NCBI GenBank assembly: GCA_015680685.1
Contig: MNCI01002485.1
Coordinates: 1,203,624 to 1,267,623 of the forward strand
Source of the DNA: Gnetum montanum
Lineage: Eukaryota > Plantae > Gnetophyta
Direction of reading: 5' to 3'
DNA length: 64,000 nucleotides
Positions 25,669-37,839 of the stretch are shown here, in pieces; the stretch's first letter is position 1; the number at the start of each line of letters is the position of its first letter. A program made the position numbers and the translations under genes. Below the pieces are notes generated by a model that did not search any database, had not been told where the DNA came from, and worked only from the letters and a program-made list of their open reading frames with translations.

Positions 25669-28600
25669 GTAGGTACCAATTGATGTCTTTTGTTATTTGG
25701 CTATTTTCCAAGATCACTTGGGAAAATGACCACACAGGATGATCTGCATTCACCTTTAATCTTGACTAGACTCCATGGCAAACTCATGAGACGCATAAAC
25801 ATAGAGCTAGTGAACTTTGAATTGCCTCCTTCTAACCTCAACATAGCATCCTTAGAAACATCACTAGATTGGCTGAAACATCTAGTTTAGGTCCTAGACT
25901 TAGAAGCTAATGATGTACTAAAGATCCACTCATAGAAATCCCCATGACAACATGTAAAGGTGAGGTGAGAATATTGAAACTTAGCTCTTTACTGGAGCCA
26001 CAAATCCAGCAAAATATCTCTAGAGTCTTCAATGACAATGTCAAAGTGTTTGCATGGTCTTATGAAGATATGCCAAGCATAGACCCATGCATAATACAAC
26101 ACAAAATTATCTTAGATCCACGTGTCAAGGCAGTCAAACAAAAAGCTCATAAAATTAAGCCAAAAATTGCATTAGTCATATGCAATGAAGTTACTAAACT
26201 CTACCAAGCTAGGTTCATCTGTGCAGTCGATTATGCAGATTGGATATCAAACATCATAGTTGTCCCTAAGATAACCAAGGGTATACGTATCTTCATAGAC
26301 TTTCAAGATTTAAACAAAGAAACCATTAAGGATGATTTCCCATTTCCCAGTATCAACCAACTTGTCAATACTACTACTAGCCATGCCTTATTATCCTTCA
26401 TGGATGGGTTCTCGAGGTAAAACCAAATCTGTATAAACCCAAAACATCAACTTGCTACTACCTTCATGACCCCTTGGGGAACATTTTGTAATATGATGAT
26501 GCCCTTTGGGCTAAAAAATTCTAGAGCAACATACCAACATGTGATGACTTACATTTTTAGCAATTATCTTTTAGAACAACTAAATGACTATGTGGATGAT
26601 ATAGCAGTCAAATCCAAGAAAGCTCCTAATCATGCAAATGACGTGAACCTAGTCCTTCAATGCTACCATAGGCATGACCTTTATCTTAATCCCAAAAAGT
26701 GTGTCTTCGGTGTGAAAACTAGGCACATGTTAGACTTTGTAGTATCAAAAATAGAAATACACGTAGACTCAGATAATGTTAAAGCCATTATCAATTTAGC
26801 ACCACCCACAAACCTTAAAGAGCTATGTGGATTGAAGGCAAGGTATAGTTCATACAAAGGTTTATTGTGAGATTGACTAATAAATTGCACCCAATGCAAT
26901 ACCTACTCAAAAAACCAGCCAACTTTGAGTGGACAAACTAATGCCAAGAGGCATTCAATAACTTGAAATAGGAACTTGTTCATCTCCCTACTATTTATCC
27001 TCCACAAAGAGACAACCCTTTCTACATTTGCCTTGCAACTTTAGATATGTCCATTGCTACCTTTCTCTATCAAAAGAGAGATGATGGTTCTAAATTTCTT
27101 GTTTATTACCTAAGTCATGCATTGATAGCTTATGAGGCAAAATACAATGATGTAGAGAAAAATTGTTTTGCCTTAGTATTTCCACTCAAAAATGAAGACA
27201 CTACTTGTTTCGTAGCCAGGTCAACATCATTTGCAAAGGTAATATACTTAGGTCCATTACAACCAACATATATGAAAGTAGAAAAATAGCCAAATGGAAA
27301 GTAATGATTTCAGAATTTGACCTACATTATGTAGTGCAATCATCCACAAAGGGTCAAGAAATAGCCATACAACTTATGACTTCACCTACAGATGACTAGG
27401 AAATAATAGATCCTAAATTCCCAAATGAGCATGTTAGAAGTATAAGCCTAGTACCAACAAAATTTGAGGTCATTTTACACTTTGATGATGCCTCGACCAC
27501 ATAGGGTGGTAGTGTCACTGCTGTTATCACATTTCCATCTAGAGAGATCCAACCTTTCATGCGCCACTTTTCATTTCTTTGCACAAATAATGTAGCAGAA
27601 TATGAGGGTCTCCTAAGGGGAATTCTAGTAGCTCAAGAGTTAGGGATCCAAAATGTAGCAATCCAAGGTAATTCATAGTTAGTCATCAACCAAGTCACAG
27701 AGGTCTACGCCTATAAAGCACAACACTTGTAGCCTTACTATGATTTGGAAAAATACTTACTAAAATAATTTACAACCTTAAATGTTCATCACATTCCCCA
27801 CAACAAAAACATTATAGCTGACACATTGGCCACTTCAGCTTTAAGTGTATCACCAAATATGTTTGCTACATTACCCACTTCAATAGTGGAGTGCATCGAT
27901 CCTATCATTCAAATCACAAGTATCATGTCTGTAAGTGCAACCTACACTCAAGAATGGTATGATGACATCAAAACACACCTTCAACATGGCGAACCTCCAC
28001 AAAACCTAATATCTTCCCAAAAAGATGTAGTGAGAAAACGAGCACAGTAATATGTCCTCATAGGTGACAATGCTTTATTTCATAGATCTTATGATGGGAT
28101 ATTACTAACTTGCATGATGGGAGATGAAGCACAAAGAATCATTGATCAAGTCCATGAGGGACTATGTGGAAGGCATATAGCTCCCTTGGCAATAGTGGAA
28201 AAAATTAGATGTCTAGGCTACTATTGGCTTTATATGGAATGTGATTTCATTTTCAAGATCAGAACATGTGACATATGCCAATGGCATGGGAATCTAATAC
28301 ATGTATCACCTACTAAGTTACACACTACGCAAATCACATGACACTTTCAACATTGGGGATTAGATATCATGGGGCCCATAACACCTAAGTCTTTCATAAG
28401 ACATAGCTTCATTATTACCACAACTAAGTATTTCACGAAGTGGGTAGAAGCTATTCCCCTTAGGAATACTACATCTCAACAAGTTTGCAAGTTCATCCTA
28501 GACAATATAGTGACTCGATTTTGCATCCCTATGACTATCATTATAGACAACAGGCCATAATTTAGTAGCACAGAAACTAAATCTTTCTATGAAAACCTCA

Positions 28601-29193
28601 ACATTAAACACTCCTCATTACCATACTATCCTCAATCAAATAGCCAAGTGGAAGCCACCAATAAGGCCATTGTCTACCTTTTGAAGAAGATGCTTAGCAA
28701 CAGCAAATAATGATGGCACAAGCAACTCATTTACGCACTTTGGGCCTACTACATAACATGCAAAACTGCAATAGGTAAGACACCATATAGTCTCATATAT
28801 GGATCTGAAGTGATGTTACCTCTTGAATTGTAGGTCCCATTTCTCCGAATGATCCTCTCAAACTTTATGGATGAGGCTCAGAACAACGAGTCAAGAATCA
28901 TTGATCTTGACTCTATGGAGGAAGAGTGCATCCAAATGCCTAATCGCATTGAATGGTATCAAGACAAAAAATAGCAAAAGAATCATCATAATCTACACCA
29001 ATGCCCAATAAAAAAGGGGTATCTAGTTCTCAAGGCCATTTGCAAACTTGCGAACAAGTTCTCAGCTAACTGGGAAGTGCCTTTGTTGGTTATGAAAGTG
29101 TATGAAAATGGAGCATTCAAGCTTGTTGACTTAGATGGCAACAAGTTTTCTAATCTTGTCAACCACGTGTACCTGAAACCATATTACACCTAA
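25669..29193 (+). pseudogene. pol: D pol: RT, RNase H, archaeal-type RNase H, integrase
   Basis: VFAWSYEDMP; LSFMDGFS; MPFGLKN; YVDDIAVKS; aRH LHFDDAS...CTNNVAEYEGL; INT HEGLCGRH, WGLDIMGP, YFTKWVEA; ends NHVYLKPYYT*. Confidence 0.95.
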
Positions 29194-29231
29194 CATGAAG
29201 TATCATGCCAATAATAAAGCAAATCATATCA

Positions 29232-29562
29232 TCAGTTATGATGTTAAACTAGCACAGATCATCCACTATGATGTTAAACTAGCACAAAATATTTGGTATG
29301 ACATTAAACTAGCATAGATTGTCTACCATGATACTAAATTGGCATAGGTCATCCACCATGACATTAAACTAGCACCCATAGCATGGTCTACTATGACCTT
29401 AAACTGGCCATCCACCATCTGCTACAATGCTAAACTAGCATAGCAGTTTGCTAGGACCTTAAACTAGCACAACATGGTCTGCCCAAATCTTAAACTAGGA
29501 TCATAGTCTACCAGGACCTTAAACTAGCACAACCAGTGGTCTACCAACACCTAAAACTAGGT
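29232..29562 (+). repeat. ~30-bp array (about 11 units) with conserved core (AT/AG)GAC(C/A)TTAAACTAGCA and variable spacers, directly after the integrase stop
   Basis: Repeated TAAACT(A/G)G at roughly 30-bp spacing, read directly. Confidence 0.92.
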
Positions 29563-31078
29563 TCACAATTCAAATTCTATAGTTTAATATACATGGTCCT
29601 ATGAACAAGTGAGCAACAATACTTCCAATCTTTCATTGCTTGCCCACACCTACTGGCCAGGATGGGGTGGAGCGTTGCAATTCCAAAATGAATTTTACAT
29701 CATGAAGGAAAAACACTTTGGAACATTTGCAACGTTTCCATCGCTAGAATCTTGTTGATCTTCTAGAGATGTCATTGGGCAGCTTGTTGACCTTTTGGAG
29801 CTACCGCCACCATCGCCAATCATCCTGGTCATAACTCAATTTGTCAACACCTCCCACTAGAGCCCCAACAATATTTTGGCCAACCACAACATTACCATCC
29901 TCTAGCCCTCATCATTATCAAAGTTTATAAGGGCATTCAATAGCTTGGCTTTCCACTCTACTGCTAAATTTCCTAGCTTCCGCCTTTGGTGAGGATTCTT
30001 GAGCACTTACATCACCATTGCTCTATCCTCTGGAGTGCTCACTTCTGATGTGGCTGCTGGAGTTTTCCAGCTTGCCACCACTGATGCCTACATTGGCCTT
30101 CCTACTTTGGACATTGCACACACCAAACATAGCACTTGCAGCCCTCAAAATGTCCCAAGAAGGCAATACTTCATCCTCACTTTACATTGTGATTGTTTTT
30201 TCTGATTTTCTCTGTGTTGGATTTGCAGGGTAAAGCCTTGATGGTGTCATTTAGGAATGTGTTTCACCATGATAGCAAGACACTTCATTGTTTCAATGTA
30301 CTCACTTCAACTGGCCTAGCTACTTGAGAGTGAATACCCCAATATCCCTTCAACTAACCTAACCCCTACCACTTGCTCTAGGAATTTCCAACATCCCTTA
30401 TAAGCTTCCCCAATGCACATAAAACCCTTTCCCACATTTAACCGCTAAATCCATGATGGACATCATGCAACTCATCCTATGGGAAGCATTTGAAGGTCAA
30501 TCAAAGCCCCACATGGATGTAACATAACTCATCCCAAGGAGGAAACACCTGTCCTATAGTGAAAATATGGCTACCTTCAAGTGGATATGGGTGTGCAATT
30601 TATCCACAATATAAAAATATCAAAAAAATAAAATAAAAAAAGGAAATGAAACAAGACAAGTGCCCAAGTCAAATGACATAGTTTCTTCTTCACAACCATC
30701 TCAACCTTGGATCGACCATCTCCAAGCACTCCAATGAGAGGTTGAAATCCAAAGGGAAATATACCTATGTGTGTTGACTCTCTCATAAGCACTTCGATGA
30801 GGAATCATGCTATGGCAACACATCATCAAGGCATTATGTTTCACAACTACCCATTCCATCCAAACTATCCCTTGTCCCCTTGACCCATTCTCCCTAAACC
30901 TATTCCCTAGTTCCTTCCATACTTCCATACTTCGTTTCCCTGGCACTCTCAAGCATAACAAAGCATCTTCTAAGTGGGAACTAATGAATGGTGTTGGTAT
31001 CCTATTCATCATGGTGTTTCATATTCTTTGTCAATTTCTCTCAGGAAAGTCCTGTAGATGTCAACAAAGAGGGACCAG

Positions 31079-33101
31079 TGAAACACCACTAATTTTGAGC
31101 TCCTGCGACTCAACATCAAATTTGTCTAAGTGTTAAAATTTGGACAAAATTTTTTCTAATTCTGATGCTACATTATGTAGCGTAGCAGCGTGGCACCCTA
31201 GAATTCCTAATGTTTGCAAAATTTCTTCTAATTCTACCTACTATGCTCCCCAACACAATTAGCGTAGCATCCATTCTTAGCCAGTTTGCTCAAATCTTAA
31301 GTTGGAAGTGGTCAAAAGGGCACTGAGGATGGACTCAATAGTTTGGTAAATTTTCTATCTTTTAGGCTATCAAGCTTGCTATGCTCTCCAGCTTTCCTAG
31401 CTTGACACATGTCCCAATTGCTAGTCCACCTAGGTGCTAGACTAGGAGTTGTAAAAGATGCTCAGGATGAATGAAACAATTTGGCAAACTTTCTATCTTT
31501 TAGGCTTGTTATGCTCTACTACACTGCATAGCATAGTAGAGCGTAGCACAAGTTTCAAGACTTAAATTTCCTAAGTGTTGGACTAGACATGGAAGGTATG
31601 TTTCGCAATTTTTTAACTTTCGAGACTGCTCGTCCTACTTCATCCTTAGAGTGTGATCAACATGCCATGGAAAAAAAATTTGATGCTATGCTCTACTATG
31701 CTGCATAGTGTATATAACATAGTAGAGGGGCCAAGGTCCCAAAAATTTTCAAGCATGAAACAAGGAGGTATCAAGGTATTCTAAGATGGAAGGTGCACTT
31801 TCTAGTCACTGAAGTTGTCTATCTTGCCACATCCCAAAGTGGCATTTTTAGTTTTGACAAAATTCATGGGAAAATAAGTGCTATTCTCTGCTATGCTATG
31901 CAATGTAGATAGTGTAGCAAGCTAAAACTGCCAAATTTTTCTAAGTGTTTACACCACACTTCATCACGTTGGGTAGCGTAGATAGCGTAACATTTAGAAA
32001 ATGCCTCCAAAAGCTTTCAAAACTTAGCATCAACCTTCATTTCAGCTTTGGCATCTTTTATGTGGCCAAAATTAGCAATTTTCTTTGTTTTTTCACCCCC
32101 CATTGATCCCCAAATTTGTTCCTATGCTTGACCCTACTCGGAAGAGGAGGAAAGACCTAGTCCTAGAGCATAGGCTCCAAGTTGCATTTGTTTTGGGCAT
32201 CTTGTAGGTACATGGAAATTCTTCAAAATTTGACACATGTAGTTTGGGCAATATAGTCATAGTCTAGCAAATTTTCAGCCCCTATTCTTGTTCTATCAAG
32301 CATAGCACCATTGAAATTAACACTTTTAGTGTAGCACATCCACATTCGTGCTAGACTTAGTAAATACCCAAGACACATGGCATCCAACCCACATCTCCTG
32401 GCAACCCTGGCTCTATAAATTCCTTAGTAATCAGCATTCTAAGGGTGGTTGGCTTTGGCAATTGGCTTTGGCAAAAGATTGGCAAGAAAAAGTTTGATTA
32501 GTGACAAATCTTAGCATTAGAGCATTTCAAACATCTCCCCCACTCTTGCACTTGAATGTGACACTTGCAACCCACACCTGCATAGCATAGCAACTATCAA
32601 TCCAGCAAGCTTTAGCTCCCTTGTGTCTATCAACACCACATCCATAACATCCTAGGGATTGTGACCATATTGGCGCGCTACCCCGCTATGCCTGTGTAAC
32701 ACTGCATGCTAGTTGTACACATCATTTAATCAAAATTCATGCTCCCCCAATTTCATTTTCTCATCTAAACTCATTCCATTTTTCCTGCAGCATACATTTC
32801 AAATTGTTAGCATATTCGTTCATTTCTATTGTCAATATGCATTAAGACACTCATGTTGATGCACTCTCATTATTATACATGTTACGCTCTTTGCTTGTTC
32901 TGACTCCTGCACGTGATGCTCTAAAAACACCATTTACAAATGGTTATTAGACACCACGTAAGTTGCTTTCTGATTGACTAGATCATTCAGGGCTCCCCGT
33001 TTCCATTTTTTCCAACACAACCCTCCCATAGACTCAAGGTTAGGCTGTACATTTGATGACCTCTTGATGTTCCAACCATATTATCATTTTCAAATGCTAC
33101 A
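31079..33101 (+). repeat. D 3' LTR (~2.0 kb)
   Basis: TGAAACACC...TGCTACA followed by the TSD TAGGC. Confidence 0.92.
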
Positions 33102-33109
33102 TAGGCCCA

Positions 33110-36100
33110 ACCACTATAAAGAATTTTTCAAATATCTCAATTCTACTTCCCCTTCACATTCTATAAACAAAATCTCTAACGATGGTACCACAATTACTGA
33201 CCACAACAGTATCCTCTCCTTTCTCAAGAATCACTATGAAACCCTCTTTGCAGCAATCCCAATGAACATTTCTTCATTCAAGGCTACCACCCCCAATTAT
33301 CCTCACCTTATCAACTCCACTATGCTACAAAGTCTTGACGCTGATATCACTCTGGTGGAGCTACAGGTGGCTTGTTCTAAGTTAAGTCGGGGAAAGGCTC
33401 CTGGTTATGATGGTTTCCCCGTATAATTCTTTCAAAATCATTGGAATTTGGTGGGAAATGATCTTCTACATGTCATTAACAACGCTATATTAACTGGTTC
33501 CCTATGGCCCAATCTAAATCAAGGGGTAATTTGTCTCCTCCCCAAGTCTGGGGGATCTTGCCGATATCTCCAATTGGCGTCCCATAATTCTCCTCAATGT
33601 AGTGTATAAAATTTGGGCCAAGTGCCTTGCCTTACGATTGAAAAAATTTCTTGGTCAGATCATATCTCCCCAACAAACATGATTTGTTCCTGGTAGATAT
33701 ATTTTAGACAATGTGGTTGCAGCGTGGGAAGGCCTCAAGTGGGCCGAGGATGATGGACAAGATATTCTCCTAGTGAAACTTGATTATGCCAAGGCTTATG
33801 ACAACATAAAATGGGATTTTATCTTGCAGACCATGACCAAACTTGGTTTTGGTCCTAAGTTCTTGCATATGGTGAAATTCTTATTCTCAGATGCTACTGC
33901 AAGAATAGCCACTACCTTTGGCATTACCTCTCCCTTTCCAATACATAGGTTAGTGCAGCAAGGCTGTCCCCTTGTCCCCTATCTCTTTATCATCACTGCA
34001 AACTTTCTTTGTCATCAAATTAATGTGGACATTCAAAAGAAAGTTCTCACTGGGGTGTGCCTATCTTCCTCTCAACAACAACTCCTCAATATGCACTTTG
34101 CCGATGACTCTTTCTCTCTAGTTCAAAACATAGCTGCCAATTTGCAGCGACTCTTATCAAGGATGGAGCAATATTGTACACTCTTAGGTTCCACTATAAA
34201 TTGAAATAAATCCTCTATTTATAGCTTTTCGGGCAATTACAACCATGTGACCAGCTATAACTGGAAGCAACTCCAAGATCAAGACAACGTTAAGATTCTA
34301 GGGATCCCTTTTCATTTTAGAGGTTCAACATCTATTCTCTGGGAGCAGGTTATTCTTCAGATTCAAAAGAAACTTGAAAAATGGAAGACTAAACCCCTCA
34401 CACTTGCAGGTAAATACCTGGTTTGTAAGTCCATATGTGCATCCACCCATGTGTATTACTCTTGGTGTTGGGCCCCCTCCCAAGCTGCCTACTTGAAGCT
34501 TGAACGACTATTTCTTGACTTTATGTGGTCCTCAAAAGACTCTCAGAAAGGATTTCATCGAGTCACCTGGAATATTGTTACTCTCCCCGAGAATAAAGGT
34601 GGCTTAGGTCTTTTGAATTCCTATAAGCAGGGAATTACCCTGGTTGCTAAGTGGTTGGTTCAGCATTTTGATGCCTCAGACATCATTAGGACCCTCCTTC
34701 AATTATGACTTCATCAAGCTTGTCCTAAAAACAAGCCCTTTTGGAAAAGCATCCATTTTATCAATTGGATCTTTTCCCCTCACACTATCATTCTTCCAGG
34801 TTCTCATGTTTTCAAAAGCATTTGGAGGGCCTGGAAAATTTTGCACAGTTACATTGACTGGACTAATGTTAAGATCAACCTTACTCTCCTCTCTAGATTG
34901 TGTTCGTGGTGGTTACCTCTATCACCTGCCCCCTTGCCATCACAAAGGCTAAGGTGGCTACCTCGTGGTTTCGGAAAGGTGTCATATCCTTGAATTGTCT
35001 TAGGCTAGCTAGTTGTTGGATTTCAGGGGTCGAGTTTAGCAATTTGTATGGGGAGTCAGCTACAATGAACCATTGCCTAGTTTAGATCTACTCCTTTCTC
35101 CACGGTCACTGGCACATTGATGTTACAGTGCAAAGCCCTTTTTAAGGCCTTCAATGGCTTAATGGGGTTAAACTCTTACCCTATTGGCCATCTATCCCCT
35201 TTCATCTTATGCACGACCCATCTAACATCATTCAACGTTGTAATAAACATTGGCACAAACACGAGTCAAGTTCATTCTAGATCCCTCTCTTCCAAAATAT
35301 TTGGAATCTTTCAACCCTCCCCAAAATTAAGCAATTCCTCTGGTGTCTCCTTCGCCATGGTCTACTTATTGGTAAATGGTGAGAATATCTAGGAATTACC
35401 AATCCCAACTGCCCTCTCTGTGGTGGACAAGATGACTTTGTCCATGTGTTTTAGCATTGTCCCTTTGCTCAGCATGTGTGGAAGTGGGCTTCCATAGTTT
35501 TTCCTTCATACCAGCTATCTCAAGAGGATGTCATATTTGGCTTTTTAAACATTACTTCTGCTAATCTCAAGTTTCTATGGAAAGTTATTAGGCCTACTAT
35601 TTTATATTATATTTGGAAGTGAAGATGCAATGTTATATTTCAAAGGACAGATTACTTTGATAAATATTTGCTCACCAGGTTGGAGAAGTTGCAGATCTTT
35701 CACCTCATTCATTTCCAACTCACATCTCAAGCATCCAAGTTCAATCTGGATAGACATTAGTTGGTTCATCTCATGTAGTTGTGGGAATGACTTGTGCATT
35801 TCAGTAACACTCATCATTAGTAATCTCTACAAGGATGCTTTCTGTGTCTATTGTCGGAGACCCGTGGGAAAGACTTGTGCATTCCAGTAACACTCATCAT
35901 TAGTAATCTCTACAGGGAAGCTTCCCCTCTCTGTTGAGTGGAGTCATCATTGGAACTCTCTCTATCATTAATTGAGAGTTGTTTGCCTCATCTAATTCTA
36001 TTTCATTCTATCTTGTAATGAGTCTATATGTGTGGACGTTTAATAGTGCCCCAATTCGAGTTTCCTCCTTTAATACTCGTTTATTTATAAGGTTGTTCCT

Positions 36101-36225
36101 GAGTCTCATTCACAGTGCTCCCATCTTTTCTTTCCCCTCAAACCTATGACTTATTCAAGTTATTGTAATTGATACACTTTTAATATCAATAGAACTTCTT
36201 TTCAGGGTTCGACACCCCCCCCCCC
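33110..36225 (+). mobile_element. 5'-truncated L1-type LINE (ORF2 RT and zf-RVT, 3' UTR), decayed
   Basis: KAPGYDGFP; WRPIILLN; KLDYAKAYD; VQQGCPLVPYLF; HFADD; GGLG; CPLC...H...HC zinc finger near 35410-35460; pyrimidine-rich 3' UTR. Confidence 0.95.
35781..35925 (+). repeat. 83-bp-period duplication in the LINE 3' UTR
   Basis: GTGGGAA(T/A)GACTTGTGCATT(T/C)CAGTAACACTCATCATTAGTAATCTCTACA at 35781 and 35864. Confidence 0.9.
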
Positions 36226-37816
36226 ATAAATTCTGTAATTTCCAAAACTTACAAAAAGACCAAAAAAGTTACAAATAGGATTAAACTATTTTTTTAAAAA
36301 AAGCCCTAAATTACAAAAACTAGTAGCATCTTGGCATATTAATTAAATTAATAGAAAAGTAGGAAGCATAGAGGAGAGATGGAGAATCCATAGCAATATA
36401 AGATAGCCATGTGAAACAAAAATAAAATAAACTTCCTTATGTTGGAAAGGCTTCTAGAATTTTCGTATGTCTTCCTTTTTAGCCTAATGTTCTCAATTGA
36501 TTTATTCTTTGCTTATTCTCAATGTATGTAGGGCCGCGGCCTATTTATAGGAGGAAAAACAAAAGTAGTTAGGCCCAAATCAACTTCAAAACAAAAAAGA
36601 AATGAAAAAAAAAATTCTTTATAAAAAAACATGATGGAACATTGATTTGCAAAAATGGCAATTGCAAATAGAATATGGAAAATGATGGAAGAAAATCAAG
36701 GACTAAGAGGCAACAAGACAACACGTTAAAATTGAAGACAATGCTTAAAAGGATAATATGCATATTATATATTTTATATGCACCTACTTTGAAATGGTGG
36801 CATTGACCTTAAATGAAGTTTGATTTTTTATTTGATTTGATTTTATTTTATTTATTTCTAAAATCATTTTTAAAAGTTTATTTTCTAAATTTTCTCTTCA
36901 CGAATGCATTTGCACTCAAACACTCATTACACCCAATTCCAAATTAAATTTTGTTTGAACCTACAAGATTCTCATCAAGTGCTCTTATGAATCTTATACT
37001 AAAATTTCATCTAAGAAAGACTTTTCATTATCACCTAGTTCAAATGTAAAAACTTTTATGGTATTTGAGCAAACTAGAAAATGTGATATCTCAAGAACCA
37101 TAACCCTAATTCTAGTGAATGAAAAGTCAAAATCTATGTTTTTGAACATCTTAGACACATTGGTAAGGTTAAATTTTAGGTAGAACATTATCCTAACATA
37201 CTTTCTTACAAAATTTAATTTATGAAATATTTAATTATAATTAAAAATGAACTTGAAATCCTAGTTTAATGATAAAAGGTAATAAGAAGTATGGTCTAGC
37301 TAGTTTACTGATAAAAGGTAATAATAAGTATGGTCTAGCTAGGGTCAGAGTCCATAATTGCTCCATGAACAGAGTATTATATAGGCACATACATATAATA
37401 ATAATAATAAAATAAAATGATGCATGACTAGATGTACATAATAAAGCATAAATATGCATAAAGAAGTAAATATGCATATTTAAATACTTGTAAAGACATG
37501 ATGACTAATAAAAGAAAAACTTTCTAGGGTAATTTCATTTCAACATTTAATCTAAATTATAATATATACCTATGACTAAGATCCAATAATATTAAGATAA
37601 AGGATACAAAAATTTAACAAAACATCCTAGCAAGCGAATTATATTTACTCATGTAGAAAACTAACGACAAAAATAACAGCAATGATAGTAATGTAATCTT
37701 ATGATTTAACCAAGATTATTAGAGATAATTCCTTGAAATGCATCTAATAGTATTAAAGGATTAATTATATGTGTTAAATTAAGTAAATTCATCTTGAAAA
37801 TTCTTAAGTAGTGATA
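36225..37816 (-). repeat. C 3' LTR, segment 2
   Basis: Matches 61424-61944. Ends GTAGTGATA, followed by the pyrimidine tract TCCTCCTCTCTTTC (PPT on the minus strand). Confidence 0.8.
37261..37342. repeat. 39-bp tandem duplication in the C LTR
   Basis: CTAGTTTA(A/C)TGATAAAAGGTAATAA(G/T)AAGTATGGTCTAG, two copies. Confidence 0.9.
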
Positions 37817-37839
37817 TCCTCCTCTCTTTCAAGAATTTT

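Larger units (their letters stand above)
13438..33101 (+). mobile_element. Element D: complete 19.7-kb Tat/Ogre-type Ty3/gypsy element with a second (archaeal-type) RNase H and an antisense accessory gene
   Basis: LTR pair. Perfect TSD TAGGC (13433-13437 and 33102-33106). PBS resembling TGGCGCTAGAAGGAGGG and PPT AAAGAGGGACCA. Order RT-RH-aRH-INT. Confidence 0.95.

Noticed and set aside
29232-29562. CRISPR array
   Set aside because: Units are only ~30 bp, the spacers are related to each other, there are no cas genes, and the array is inside a plant retrotransposon.
36205-36218. tRNA or SINE B-box (GGTTCGACACC)
   Set aside because: There is no A-box or cloverleaf; it is better explained as the LINE 3'-terminal hairpin.
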